A stretch of 64,000 nt of DNA from Nitrospinales bacterium (GCA_038154245.1 JAYOZP010000002.1:50928-114927), one strand, 5' to 3'; shown: positions 8,571 through 18,771, counted from the first letter of the stretch. The notes: generated by a model from the sequence alone, not told the origin. Numbers and translations: made by a program.

Positions 8571-9524
8571 TTAAGATTTAGCGAGTTCTTTATTGAGGTC
8601 TAATAAATTTTGAAAAAATTCTTGAAAATTATTGATTCGTGTAACTCCAGGGACTGAATTGGAATATCCTTTTCCGCCAACAATAATTTTAATTTCCTTT
8701 TTGATTCTTTCCCTAAGATTTGAAATTAATTTAGCGGATTTTTGTTTATCGTAATAACAAGAAACGCCTAAACATAAAATATCGCTGTTTGTTTTTAATA
8801 CTGCCGAAATAATTTCCTCGCATGGAGTATCGGACCCTATAAAAATTACTTTGTATTTGCAGATAGCGGCTAAAGTGGCGGCCATTTGCAACCCTAGATT
8901 GTGATCGTCCCCTGGAAGCGATGTTATTAGAATTTTAGCTCCATCGTTTCTTTCATTAAGCTGACGCCATTTCGAGCCTATAAAATCATACAAACGTTCG
9001 GAAGCAAAATGCTCTTGGGAAATAGAAATTTCTCCTGTTTCCCAACCTCTCCCAATTTTATCTAAAAAAGGAACGGCTAATTGAGTGACAAAACTCAAAC
9101 CACCCATTTTTGCCCATTCTTCAAAAAATCCATCGTCTAAGGTTTGATAAGAAAATTTATGGGCGGCTTCAATCCAACCCTCGATAATTAATTCGCGAGA
9201 ATTTTCGATTTGGGTTTCATTAGTTTTAGAATGTGCTGGAGACGAACTAGGTAATAAAGAACTTATATTGAGCAAATTTTCAATTTCGCTGAGAGAGGCT
9301 TTGGCAAGTTTTCCTGGGCGGTGACCTTCTTTTAGAGCCCGCGCGATTGCTCTTAGACGGGGAACCTCTTCCTTAGAATATCTTCTGTGGCCTGAAGGAA
9401 GTCTAAAGGGTACAGGGGTTCCGTAGCGTTTTTCCCAAACTCTAAGAGTATGAGTACTAATTCCAGTTAAACGGGCGAGTTCGCCAATCGGTAAACCATT
9501 ATCATTTAATGGGGTATCTAACAT
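8571..9524 (-). CDS. MerR-family regulator with C-terminal cobalamin (B12)-binding domain (CarH/LitR-like)
   Basis: 317 aa. N-terminal MerR HTH LPIGELARLTGISTHTLRVWEKRYG. C-terminal B12 motifs GDDHNLG (DxHxxG), ILCLGVS and IIVGGKG. Confidence 0.8.
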   Translation of the reverse strand: MLDTPLNDNGLPIGELARLTGISTHTLRVWEKRYGTPVPFRLPSGHRRYSKEEVPRLRAIARALKEGHRPGKLAKASLSEIENLLNISSLLPSSSPAHSKTNETQIENSRELIIEGWIEAAHKFSYQTLDDGFFEEWAKMGGLSFVTQLAVPFLDKIGRGWETGEISISQEHFASERLYDFIGSKWRQLNERNDGAKILITSLPGDDHNLGLQMAATLAAICKYKVIFIGSDTPCEEIISAVLKTNSDILCLGVSCYYDKQKSAKLISNLRERIKKEIKIIVGGKGYSNSVPGVTRINNFQEFFQNLLDLNKELAKS

Positions 9525-9619
9525 AAAGTCTCTTTTCTGGGCTTAATATAGAAAATTTAGAATAAAAAAGCAAAAAAAGATCGATGATTAGACAAACTAT
9601 TTTTTTTTAAAAAAATAAT

Positions 9620-9648
9620 TTGACATAAATAGCTTTTATTTCTAGAAT
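9620..9648 (+). promoter_or_regulatory. near-consensus sigma70 promoter upstream of the CbiX-like gene
   Basis: TTGACA (9620-9625), 17-nt spacer, TAGAAT (9643-9648). It lies 32 nt upstream of GTG 9680, which is preceded by GAGGA (9666-9670). Confidence 0.5.
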
Positions 9649-9679
9649 TAATACATAAACTTAATGAGGATTAAACATA

Positions 9680-10198
9680 GTGTCAAGATTTGAATCGGTT
9701 ATTTTAGTGGGACATGGCGGTTTACCGGCAGATTGTCCACAGGATGTTGTCTCCAGATTAAAACGTCTGGAAATGGAAAGAAGACGTCGCGGCATTCCCG
9801 CGTCTGAGGAGGAAAAAGAATTAGACCGGAAAGTTAGAGATTGGCCCAGAACACCCGAGTCAGATCCTTATAAGGTTGGTCTTGAAAAGCTTGCTCAGCA
9901 TTTGGCGGAAAAGATGCCGGATACAAAAATAGTAGCCGCCTACAATGAATTTTGCGCTCCAAGTATCGAAGAGGCAGTGGATAATTTAGTTGGAGAGGGC
10001 GTTAAAAGTATTTCTTTGATTTCCTCAATGTTTACGCCGGGAGGATCTCATTCTGATAAAGAAATACCGGAAGATGTGGAAGAGTTACGAAAGAAGTATC
10101 CGGATGTGAATTTTCAATACGCATGGCCCTTTGATTTAAACAAAATCGCCGAATTGATGGCTGGCCATCTAGAGAATTTTAATAATTCAAATTCATAG
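9680..10198 (+). CDS. CbiX/SirB-type sirohydrochlorin chelatase-like protein
   Basis: 172 aa. VILVGHGGLP start and the charged insert RLKRLEMERRRRG...DWPRTPESDPYKVGLE are typical of short CbiX/SirB N-domain proteins. Confidence 0.55.
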   Translation: MSRFESVILVGHGGLPADCPQDVVSRLKRLEMERRRRGIPASEEEKELDRKVRDWPRTPESDPYKVGLEKLAQHLAEKMPDTKIVAAYNEFCAPSIEEAVDNLVGEGVKSISLISSMFTPGGSHSDKEIPEDVEELRKKYPDVNFQYAWPFDLNKIAELMAGHLENFNNSNS

Positions 10199-10226
10199 AA
10201 GGTCTTTTAATTTTATCTCAGGACTT

Positions 10227-10724
10227 ATGATGAAAAAATTAAACTCTTTAAAAGCTTCTTCAATTACTGCGGTTTTTATTATTAGCTTATTGTTTTCGAC
10301 AAATGCTTTTAGCCTTGGGTGGGCGGATCGAGAATGGATCTCTTCTGGATGTCCTTCAAAAATATTGGGCGTTTGGAAAGCAAGAAGCAGTCCCGATAAA
10401 GCCGCTCACAAAATGAAAGTCGCAAAAGGAATAATTTCATTAACAACAAAAGAAGGGACTGAGAAAAAGTTTTTTTACAGAGAATCAAGATTCGTTAAAC
10501 AAGCTCGTTTTTTACAAGTTAGTTTGAGAGAAGGGGGTCCAGATTCCACAAACTCTGCCGTGTGGAAAATAAGACCGCATCTAACTTGGAAACCTGCAAT
10601 GGAAAATTCCGAAATGGCTAAAAAATCGAGTTGTTTGATAAAGGTTTTGCGGTTTAAAAATGAAAAACAAGCTCGCTTTGATAAATATCAAACTTGGGAT
10701 ATTTACGAAAAATTTTCAGATTGA
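10227..10724 (+). CDS. secreted hypothetical protein
   Basis: 165 aa. N-terminal signal peptide (ITAVFIISLLFSTNAFS). No motif recognised. Confidence 0.55.
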   Translation: MMKKLNSLKASSITAVFIISLLFSTNAFSLGWADREWISSGCPSKILGVWKARSSPDKAAHKMKVAKGIISLTTKEGTEKKFFYRESRFVKQARFLQVSLREGGPDSTNSAVWKIRPHLTWKPAMENSEMAKKSSCLIKVLRFKNEKQARFDKYQTWDIYEKFSD

Positions 10725-10872
10725 ATTGATCTAATTTAAAAAACTTAAATGCGACCCATGGGGTCCGGTGAAAAGCTCTGGGGAGCCTGCCAGTTGTTTT
10801 GCTTAAAAAAGCTTCAGTCTGACTGCGATTAAACTGGATAGCCGGATTCGAAAAATTAACTTCGGTAATTTA

Positions 10873-11172
10873 ATGGTTTATGAATGCAAAGTTTACGATA
10901 AGAACGGAAAATTAAAAAAAGAGATTACGCCCGAGGAAATAAAAAAAAATACGGACTCGGATTTTAACGATCAAAAATCAACGAGGCTAGCTAAAAAACG
11001 AATCGCTTCATTTAAAGAAAAGTTAGAAATTTCGAAATCGACAAAATTTTATACAAATAAGTGTATTCAGTGCGGTCAGACTTTTTATCCTAGACAGCAT
11101 TCGACAAAATACTGTTCGCATGAATGCCAAAAAAAATATTATTACGATAATAAAAAGAATTCAAAAGCATAA
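10873..11172 (+). CDS. small Lys-rich protein with C-terminal zinc ribbon
   Basis: 99 aa. CIQCGQTFYPRQHSTKYCSHEC is a CxxC-x15-CxxxC motif. A strong terminator lies downstream. Confidence 0.55.
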   Translation: MVYECKVYDKNGKLKKEITPEEIKKNTDSDFNDQKSTRLAKKRIASFKEKLEISKSTKFYTNKCIQCGQTFYPRQHSTKYCSHECQKKYYYDNKKNSKA

Positions 11173-11248
11173 AACATGTTTTTATTTTCAAAAAACCTAA
11201 TTGAGTTTTGGACGCTTGGTCGAAAGGGGGAAGGCCAGGCTGTTCACC

Positions 11249-11280
11249 GGGGGATTCTTATGAATCCCCCAACTTTTTTT
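11249..11280 (+). terminator. rho-independent terminator
   Basis: GGGGGATTC (11249-11257), loop TTAT, GAATCCCCC (11262-11270), then a run of 7 T (11274-11280). Confidence 0.8.
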
Positions 11281-11393
11281 GGACTAATATTAAGTTTTAA
11301 ATTGAAGTGTAAAACCTGGATTATTTTTTTTGATTAGTTTAGCGCATAAGCTATAAAATTAATTTAATCTAAAATTCAGTCAAATATTGATTT

Positions 11394-11888
11394 ATGAAAC
11401 GACGCCAGAATAAAAGTTTGATTAGGGGTTTAACAATTCTAGTTTTATATGGTGTTTTAGCTTTTCCTTCGGTAGCGGTCTGCGAAGATTGGGAAGATGC
11501 GAGAACCATGATCGAATCTGGAAAGGATTTTGAAAAATCGGGGCAATATGACAAAGCGACCGATGTTTACAAAAAAACGGTCGACCAATTCCCAGACTAT
11601 CCGGACGGTTATTTGCAGCTAGGGTTCGGTCTTCAAGCTTTGAAGAAATTTAATTCAGCCATTGACGCTTATAAAAAAGGTTTGAATTTAAGTCCATATC
11701 ATAAATATGCTGCGGAAGCTTATTATAATATGAGCGTTTCGGCAGACAATATTGGAGACGGCTCTGAAGCGATTGTTTACCTTAAGAAAGCTTTACAAGC
11801 CTATACCGATAGAAATGACTACCCTGGTGTGTTTCAAGCAGGGTCGTATTTAGAAGTTTTGTCAAATAAATACCCTTCAGCCAAATAG
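11394..11888 (+). CDS. TPR-repeat secreted protein
   Basis: 164 aa. Signal-like N-terminus, then TPR-like repeats (YDKATDVYKKTVDQFPDY..., AIDAYKKGLNLSPY...). Confidence 0.6.
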   Translation: MKRRQNKSLIRGLTILVLYGVLAFPSVAVCEDWEDARTMIESGKDFEKSGQYDKATDVYKKTVDQFPDYPDGYLQLGFGLQALKKFNSAIDAYKKGLNLSPYHKYAAEAYYNMSVSADNIGDGSEAIVYLKKALQAYTDRNDYPGVFQAGSYLEVLSNKYPSAK

Positions 11889-12135
11889 AAATTTTAATAC
11901 TTACCTAGTTAGAAAAAACTCCTTTTTTACTTCCACAAAGCGGTTCTAAGTTTTTGTCGCTGTTACAAATTAGTAAGCGCTATAATACTAGGCTTATTTT
12001 TTGAACGTACGGCGATGGATTGTACTAAAATCTATTTTCGCCGCGATTTTTAATTTTTTTCTAAATCATTTGTAAATTATTTCCATTTTAAAGGATGATT
12101 TTGGGATTTTTTCTTAGGTTATTCTGCCAGTTATC

Positions 12136-15100
12136 ATGAATCGATCTCCATTAGTTTATTTTTTATTTTTTTTATCGGGTATTTCGGGTCTGATTTACGA
12201 AATTGTTTGGACTCGAATGTTAACGCTTACTTTTGGCCATACAGTTTTTTCGGCTTCGATTGTTTTATGCGCATTTATGGCAGGCCTTGGATTAGGCGGT
12301 TATTTATGGGGACATTGGGCCGATACAGAGCGCGACCCACTGTTGGTTTATGGAAAGATTGAAATTTTAATTGCGCTGATTGGGTCGGTTTTATCGGTTA
12401 TCCTGGCGAATTTTGGGCCGATTTATTCCTGGATACATGTTTTTATTCCTGAAGTTCCATTCTTACAAAATATTGTAAAAGCGGTTTTAGCGTTTGGTAT
12501 GGTTATGTTTCCCGCTATGTTGATGGGAGCTACTTTACCCATTGTTGGAAAATATTACGTATCGGACGATGAGAAAATTGGAACTCAAATTGGTCTTTTG
12601 TATTCAATCAATACTTTTGGCGCGGCTTTAGGATGTATCTTAACTGGTTTTCTTTTAATTCCAATTTTAGGGGTTTTGCAATCGGTTTTATTTGCGGCTT
12701 CTATAAACCTTTTAGTGGGACTTGGGGCCGTCCGGGTTTATCAAGAAACTAATCCGGAAACAAAGATAGACTTTAAATTTCCTTTGCCCTCAATTCCAAA
12801 GCTAGAAACTGATAAAGACGATAATATTTGGTTGGTCGTAAGCTTTATCGCAGGTTTCACAGCTTTGGCGTTTCAAGTTCTTTGGACTCGCTTATTGGTT
12901 TTTAGTATTTCCAGCACTGTTTATTCATTCAGTATGATGCTGGCTGTTTTTTTACTAGGAATTGTTATCGGCAGTTTTCTTGTTATCCCCGTTTTAAAAC
13001 TCTTTTCTTCAACAAGAATTATTTTATCTATCTTGCAAGCTGGAGTTGGAGTTTATGCTATTTCATCTTTGTTTTTGATGGAAGATATTTTATCGGCTCC
13101 TTGGAATAGTTATAACCTACAGAACCCTATTGCGGCATTCACAACCTATTTTAAAGATAGCGCGGCTCTTGTATTTGTTCCCACTCTTTTATTGGGTATG
13201 TGTTTTCCAATTTTGACTAGGAACTTTTCAAAGAATAAAGCTAACGTTGGAAAAGGAACGGGGCAGATATACGCCGCTAATACTCTTGGGGCAATACTTG
13301 GTTCTTTCATTGCAGGTTTTATTTTGTTGCCAATGTTAGGGAGTCAAAAAAGCATAGCTCTGATTGCTTCGATTAATTTATTTTGCGCAGTTTTTCTTAT
13401 CGCTAAAGGAAATGAGATTCAATCTTCCTTTAAAAAACCCTTAATGGCTATTGGAGCGGCGTTAATTGTTGTTTTAAATTTTTCTATCCCTAAAGATCTT
13501 ATTGATAGATTTTTTATGCGAGATAGCGCAGGAAAACGAGACATCACAAAGCTGATTTATTTTGACGAAGGACTTACCGATACGGTTGCTATATTCAAAG
13601 ATAATTATGGAATTTTAGATCCTGAGGCAAAAAGGTTGATAACCAATGGAATTTCAATGTCGGCTTCAAATATGACGGCTACTAAATACATGAAAATGTT
13701 CGCTCATGTACCAATTATTTTGCGCGACGACCCAAAAGACGTATTGGTTATTTGTTTTGGCACTGGCCAAACGGTTGGCGCGACTGGAATCCATCCTACC
13801 GTGGAAAGAGTCGATGCGGTTGATTTGTCTCCCGGGGTGATTTATTCGGGAAAAGTATTTGAAAAAGAAAATCACGACGCTTTAAATAATCCGAAAATCA
13901 ATATTGTTTTTCAAGATGGCCGTAATTTTTTGTTAACCACCAGTAGACAATACGATGTTATTACAGCGGAACCTCCTCCTCCGCGCACGGCTTTTACGGT
14001 TAACTTATATACTCGAGAATATTATGAGTTGACGAAGAAGCGTATTAAGCCGGGAGGTATTGTCGCGCAATGGATTCCTCTACACAGCCAAAGCGAGGAA
14101 GAAGTTTATAGACATTTTAAAACTTTTCGCGATATCTTTCCTCATGTCATGGGTTGGATGTCAGTAGCTAAAGAAATTTTAATTATTGGATCCGATCAAC
14201 CTATAGAACTTGATTTTGAAAAAATAAAAAATCGCCTTTCGGATCCGAAATTAAGTTCCGCGTTTAAAGAACTAGAAATAAGTAACCCGTACGCTTTCCT
14301 TAGTTCGATATGGTTTTTTGAAAAACAAATTGATCGACTATCTTTAGGAAGACCAATTATTAGCGATAACCGACCAAGTATTGAGTTTTATCTAGACTTT
14401 CCAGATGTTATTGGGCCGGAACAGTTAGAAAAAATTATATTTAATAGAGCTGGCTTCGACGAGATTAGCGAAAAAATTAAAAATTTTTCCTCTGAAGATA
14501 GGTCAAAGTTTGAGCCCTATTATCGATCGATGGACTTATATCAAAGAGGCGTTATTTATAGTAACCCTAATTTACTTCTAGAAGCGGCCAACCTAGTTTC
14601 AGAAAATGAATTGTTTAGATTTCATCTTCAGGCGAGTAGAGGTCAAATTCAAAGACTTTTAGATTTGATACAGAAAGAACCAACGAATCCTGAACATTTG
14701 TTGAATCTAGGCCATGCTTATTTTCAGTTGGGCGATTACAAAAACAGTATGGATTTGTTTAGAAAGGCCAAGCGATTAGATTCTAGTCAGCATCTTGCCG
14801 ATTTGTATATGGCTCATAATTTTCTAAAAATCGGAAAATTAAAAAAAGCAAAGATGTTTTTCGACGAAGTCGCAAAAAAAGATCCTCGCTTCATTAGAAA
14901 TATAATGCAAGAAATTGGACTGATTGAACTTCTGACTCAATTAGGAGGAGATGAAAGCAATCAAGGCCTGATGATTTCCGCCGCTCAGTATTACAATCTT
15001 AGGAACGATTTCCGAAGAGCTTTGACCTATTCGCTAAAAGTTTTGGAGAAAAATCCGGATAATGCAAACGCTTTACAAAGCGCAATCATTAGTTACCGAG

Positions 15101-15333
15101 GTTTGGGAGAACCACGGGACGCTCTTGCTCTTGGCTCTCGATACTCTGCGGCCAAGCCAGACGATATTCATGGTTTGTATGTAATTGCAGAACTATATAT
15201 GAAAATTTTGGATTATAAAAAAGCGAGAGTTTACCTGGAAAAAATTCTAAAAAAGGACGATTCTTATCAAAATGCCGAACAGTTATTGGAAGAATGTATT
15301 AAGGTTGAGGGGATGGAAAAAAAGGCGGCTTAG
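12136..15333 (+). CDS. fused polytopic membrane domain / spermidine synthase-like methyltransferase-fold domain / C-terminal TPR protein
   Basis: 1065 aa. About 13 TM helices in the first ~450 aa. SAM/dcSAM-type fold motifs VLVICFGTGQTVGA and YDVITAEPPPP. TPR-like repeats in the last ~300 aa. Confidence 0.7.
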   Translation: MNRSPLVYFLFFLSGISGLIYEIVWTRMLTLTFGHTVFSASIVLCAFMAGLGLGGYLWGHWADTERDPLLVYGKIEILIALIGSVLSVILANFGPIYSWIHVFIPEVPFLQNIVKAVLAFGMVMFPAMLMGATLPIVGKYYVSDDEKIGTQIGLLYSINTFGAALGCILTGFLLIPILGVLQSVLFAASINLLVGLGAVRVYQETNPETKIDFKFPLPSIPKLETDKDDNIWLVVSFIAGFTALAFQVLWTRLLVFSISSTVYSFSMMLAVFLLGIVIGSFLVIPVLKLFSSTRIILSILQAGVGVYAISSLFLMEDILSAPWNSYNLQNPIAAFTTYFKDSAALVFVPTLLLGMCFPILTRNFSKNKANVGKGTGQIYAANTLGAILGSFIAGFILLPMLGSQKSIALIASINLFCAVFLIAKGNEIQSSFKKPLMAIGAALIVVLNFSIPKDLIDRFFMRDSAGKRDITKLIYFDEGLTDTVAIFKDNYGILDPEAKRLITNGISMSASNMTATKYMKMFAHVPIILRDDPKDVLVICFGTGQTVGATGIHPTVERVDAVDLSPGVIYSGKVFEKENHDALNNPKINIVFQDGRNFLLTTSRQYDVITAEPPPPRTAFTVNLYTREYYELTKKRIKPGGIVAQWIPLHSQSEEEVYRHFKTFRDIFPHVMGWMSVAKEILIIGSDQPIELDFEKIKNRLSDPKLSSAFKELEISNPYAFLSSIWFFEKQIDRLSLGRPIISDNRPSIEFYLDFPDVIGPEQLEKIIFNRAGFDEISEKIKNFSSEDRSKFEPYYRSMDLYQRGVIYSNPNLLLEAANLVSENELFRFHLQASRGQIQRLLDLIQKEPTNPEHLLNLGHAYFQLGDYKNSMDLFRKAKRLDSSQHLADLYMAHNFLKIGKLKKAKMFFDEVAKKDPRFIRNIMQEIGLIELLTQLGGDESNQGLMISAAQYYNLRNDFRRALTYSLKVLEKNPDNANALQSAIISYRGLGEPRDALALGSRYSAAKPDDIHGLYVIAELYMKILDYKKARVYLEKILKKDDSYQNAEQLLEECIKVEGMEKKAA

Positions 15334-15345
15334 TTTTAAATATTT

Positions 15346-16404
15346 TCAATCTGTATAAGCGTTGATGATATGGATCATTTCAGCTAAATTTTCTCGGAAT
15401 ACATCCACAAGAACCGGATCAAAATCGATTCCTTTTTTCTCTACTATTAGATCCATAGCTCCATTGCAAGATAACTTTTGAGCGTACGGTCTGTGGTGAA
15501 TAAGAGAGTCGAACGTATCGCATAGAGCGACAATTCTTCCCTCTAAGGGTATTTCTTCGCCTTCTAAACTATTGGGATATCCTGTACCATCCCATCGTTC
15601 TTGATGGGTAAGCGCAATTTTTTCAGCCAACTGAAGTAATTCTGAGCTACTTCCCGAAAGAATTTTTGCGCCTATTTCAGGATGGGATTTCATAATATTC
15701 CACTCTGCAGGTTCTAATTCGCCAGTTTTTAAGAGAATTTCGTCCGGTATCCCAATTTTTCCAACATCGTGTAATGGACTGGCGTTTTCAATAAGGTCGC
15801 ATTCCTTTGGTCTTAAACCATAAGCTTGCGCCAAACGTCTACATAGTTTGCCTATACGAATAGAGTGAAGTCCTGATTTTCTATCGCGATATTCCGAAGC
15901 TCGACCCAGCCGATGGATAATTTCTAATTGTGTTTTTTCGAGGTCTAAAGTTCTTTCTCTTACTACTTTTTCTAAGTTAATATTACTTCCTTTTAACTTC
16001 TTATGTAAAATCCGTACTTCTAAAATATTTCGCGTTCTACACAAAACTTCTAGGTAATCAAAAGGTTTGCCTAAAAAATCTCTAGCCCCGCCTTCTAGGG
16101 CCCTTAGCCGGTTATCGTAATCTGCTTGAGCGGTTAAAACCAAGATAGGCGCGTATGAGTCTTTTTCTATCTCGGTTAATCTATCAATAACCTCGAACCC
16201 ATTAAGGTAAGGCATCATCAAATCAAGAATTACTAGGTCTGGCTGGTGTTTTATATAAAGCTCTTGAGCCATCCTCGAATCTTTAGTTGATATAAGACTC
16301 GAATAACCTTCTTGGGAAAGGATTTGTTCAAGCAGCTCAATATTATTGAGTTCGTCGTCCACAATTAAAACAGTGGATTCGAATATTTCACGATCGGTCA
16401 ACAT
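15346..16404 (-). CDS. response regulator with HD-GYP output domain (c-di-GMP phosphodiesterase type)
   Basis: 352 aa. Canonical REC (LIVDDE, VILDLMMP, LVLTAQ, GKPF). HD-GYP motifs HDVGKIGIP and HQERWDGTGYP. Confidence 0.9.
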   Translation of the reverse strand: MLTDREIFESTVLIVDDELNNIELLEQILSQEGYSSLISTKDSRMAQELYIKHQPDLVILDLMMPYLNGFEVIDRLTEIEKDSYAPILVLTAQADYDNRLRALEGGARDFLGKPFDYLEVLCRTRNILEVRILHKKLKGSNINLEKVVRERTLDLEKTQLEIIHRLGRASEYRDRKSGLHSIRIGKLCRRLAQAYGLRPKECDLIENASPLHDVGKIGIPDEILLKTGELEPAEWNIMKSHPEIGAKILSGSSSELLQLAEKIALTHQERWDGTGYPNSLEGEEIPLEGRIVALCDTFDSLIHHRPYAQKLSCNGAMDLIVEKKGIDFDPVLVDVFRENLAEMIHIINAYTD

Positions 16405-16420
16405 AAATCCAGCCTCTCGT

Positions 16421-16816
16421 TTAAACCGGCTGTAAATAAGGCTCTAAACGTTTTAAAAAATCCTTAACACGAATCGGTTTTGTGATATAAGCGTCAAAAC
16501 CTTCTTGCAAAGCTCTCTGAATATCTGACTCCATAGCGTTAGCGCTAATAGCGATTACTGGTATGTCTTTAGTTTCTTCAAAACTCCTTAAAAACTTAAG
16601 AACTTCTAAACCGCTAATACCTGGAAGATTTATGTCTAAAAGAATCAAATCTGGAATATGCGCTTTTGCTAGATCTAATCCTATTTTTCCATCCGGCGTT
16701 GATAATATTTCAATATGAGCAAATTGGGATAGTATTTGTTTAACCAATTCCAAATTTGCCGAATTATCTTCCACATAGAGAATTGTAAATGATTTTTCTT
16801 TCATTTCAATATCCAA
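16421..16816 (-). CDS. single-domain response regulator (CheY-like)
   Basis: 131 aa. ILYVEDN, LILLDINLPG, AISANA, ITKP. An alternative ATG at 16804 forms an ATGA overlap with the kinase stop, suggesting translational coupling. Confidence 0.85.
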   Translation of the reverse strand: MDIEMKEKSFTILYVEDNSANLELVKQILSQFAHIEILSTPDGKIGLDLAKAHIPDLILLDINLPGISGLEVLKFLRSFEETKDIPVIAISANAMESDIQRALQEGFDAYITKPIRVKDFLKRLEPYLQPV

Positions 16817-18771
16817 AAATTTTTGATTTTTAGGATTAGCTTCATTTGTTGTCGGAATAGGATTGTCTGCAGCTGGAATATTAATAAAAAATTGGCTCCT
16901 TTTCCTAAATCGCTTTCGACTGAAATAGATCCGTTCATTAATTCTACGAGTTTTTTAGTTATAGCGAGACCAATGCCAGTGCCTTCAATTTCAGAACGAT
17001 CTGCCCCAAGACGATTAAATGGTTTAAATAAATCTTCAAAATTTTCATTTGGAATACCTATTCCAGTATCCGAAACTTCAATTAGGACTCTATTGTTTGG
17101 CACTCGAATAACTTTTAAAGAAACTTGACCCGATGGGCGATTATATTTAATTGCGTTAGAAAGTAAATTCAATATTGATTGTTTTAACCGAGTTTTGTCT
17201 CCTAATACAAATATATCTGAGTTAATTTCCGATAAACTTAATTGAACTTTTTCTTTTTCTGCCATCGGATAAACCAAGTTTGATAAATCTTTTATCAATT
17301 GATCCATGTTTATAGGTTCTAAAGAAAGTCTAATTTTTCCGGAATCGATCCTCGACAAATCGAGAATGTCATTGATCAACTCTAATAAATGTTGGCTGGC
17401 TTTTAAAATATGATTTAAATTCTTTTTTTGAGAAGAGCTTAATGGTTCTTTCGCGTTATAAAAAATAACTTCGGAGAAACCAATAATTGCGTTTAGAGGC
17501 GTCCTTAGTTCATGGCTCATTCTAGAAAGGAATTCCGATTTTGCTTGATTTGCCTTTTCGGCTTCCTCAGCTCGTCTATATTGAGTCTGATCTCTTATTA
17601 TTCCAGTAAATATATGTTCGTTATTCAATACTGTTTCGCTAATTGATATATCTATAGGGAAAGTGGAACCATCTTTTTTGATCGCTTCCATTTGCCTTCC
17701 TAAACCGATCATTTTCGGAATTTTGGTCGCTAAATAATTTTTTATGTAATCATCGTGTAAAGATTTATGAGGTTCTGGTGTCAGTATATTTACGTTTTTA
17801 CCCGTAATTTCTTTTCTGGAATATCCAAACATTTTTAGAGCGGCGGAATTGAAGCTTTTAATTATACCGTTTGAATCGATTGTTACTATACCCTCGGTTA
17901 AGTTTTCGACTATAGTTTGCGCTTTAAATTCGGTAATGGATAAAGCTTCTTTTGCTGATTGAGCTTCTTGAAACTTTTTTTGTAGCTGGAGATTTATTCC
18001 AGCGAGTTCGTTTTTTATTTTTATTTGATTGTTTCTATAGTTGAAAGCAATTATTGAAGCAAGAATAAGAAATATAAAAAATAAAAAGAAAATAATTAAA
18101 AGATCTCTTAACAGAGAAAAAGCTTCTTGGTATTCGATTTCTGTTCCAATTCCGAAATCAAATTCTCTAAGCCAAGTCCAGGCTCCAACAACTGAAATGT
18201 TTCTATAATTTATATAACCTTCTATGTTTTCTTCAGTTTCTCCATGAATTGCGTTTTGGGTTAACCGATTAAACCCAACCGGGATTTTTATTTTTATTTT
18301 CAAAATAGATCTACTATTACTATTATCAGGAATGAGCTTTAAGAGCTTTAATTGTTTGTTAAAACGGCTATCGGTGAGCATATCCCCTTTTTGATTGAAT
18401 GCGTAAGTTTCGCCAGTTTTTCCGAAACGGCTAACTTGCATGATCTTTGAAAAGCCTTCTTCCGGGCGCATTCTAAAAGATAAAACACCAGTTATTTTTC
18501 CTGCTGAGTTTTTTATTGGTGTGGAAACAAACATAGTAGGTTGATTAGGAAGCCATTTATTTTTTTTATCAGGCAGGTCAATTGTTGCAATAAAAGGGTG
18601 AGAAATTACTGTTTTGCCTTCTAATGAAAGTTGAAAGGAAGATTGTTCAACCAATCTTTTTTTTCCTATAGGATCTTCAAATAAGGCGGCGATCTGCAAA
18701 CCTTTTTCGTTTAATAGAACAAAACCTAAAAAATTATGCAATTTACAAACGGCGGTTAAACGTTTCCTCAA
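16801..18771 (-). CDS. sensor histidine kinase, C-terminal major fragment (Cache-like periplasmic part, TM2, PAS, HisKA, HATPase)
   Basis: 656 aa from a TTG. H-box SHELRTPLNAI, N/G boxes NAIKYN and DTGIGI, a PAS segment and one TM helix (LLIIFFLFFIFLILASIIAF). In the same frame as 18805-19122, separated by one TAA plus 11 sense codons. Confidence 0.85.
   Translation of the reverse strand: MRKRLTAVCKLHNFLGFVLLNEKGLQIAALFEDPIGKKRLVEQSSFQLSLEGKTVISHPFIATIDLPDKKNKWLPNQPTMFVSTPIKNSAGKITGVLSFRMRPEEGFSKIMQVSRFGKTGETYAFNQKGDMLTDSRFNKQLKLLKLIPDNSNSRSILKIKIKIPVGFNRLTQNAIHGETEENIEGYINYRNISVVGAWTWLREFDFGIGTEIEYQEAFSLLRDLLIIFFLFFIFLILASIIAFNYRNNQIKIKNELAGINLQLQKKFQEAQSAKEALSITEFKAQTIVENLTEGIVTIDSNGIIKSFNSAALKMFGYSRKEITGKNVNILTPEPHKSLHDDYIKNYLATKIPKMIGLGRQMEAIKKDGSTFPIDISISETVLNNEHIFTGIIRDQTQYRRAEEAEKANQAKSEFLSRMSHELRTPLNAIIGFSEVIFYNAKEPLSSSQKKNLNHILKASQHLLELINDILDLSRIDSGKIRLSLEPINMDQLIKDLSNLVYPMAEKEKVQLSLSEINSDIFVLGDKTRLKQSILNLLSNAIKYNRPSGQVSLKVIRVPNNRVLIEVSDTGIGIPNENFEDLFKPFNRLGADRSEIEGTGIGLAITKKLVELMNGSISVESDLGKGANFLLIFQLQTILFRQQMKLILKIKNFWILK

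Noticed and set aside
9525-9679. Cobalamin riboswitch upstream of the CbiX-like gene
   Set aside because: The spacer is only 155 bp and extremely AT-rich, with no B12-box-like GC-rich core. A promoter reading fits better.
10836-10860. tRNA-like T-arm sequence (CCGGATTCGAA)
   Set aside because: No acceptor stem, D-arm or anticodon arm can be folded around it. I found no tRNA anywhere in the window by eye.
10755-11250. Inverted repeat CCGGTGAAAAGCTCTGG (10755-10771) / CCAGGCTGTTCACCGG (11235-11250) flanking the 99-aa zinc-ribbon gene
   Set aside because: It is only about 16 nt, with one mismatch and one indel. The right arm overlaps the terminator stem. This is too weak to call a mobile cassette.
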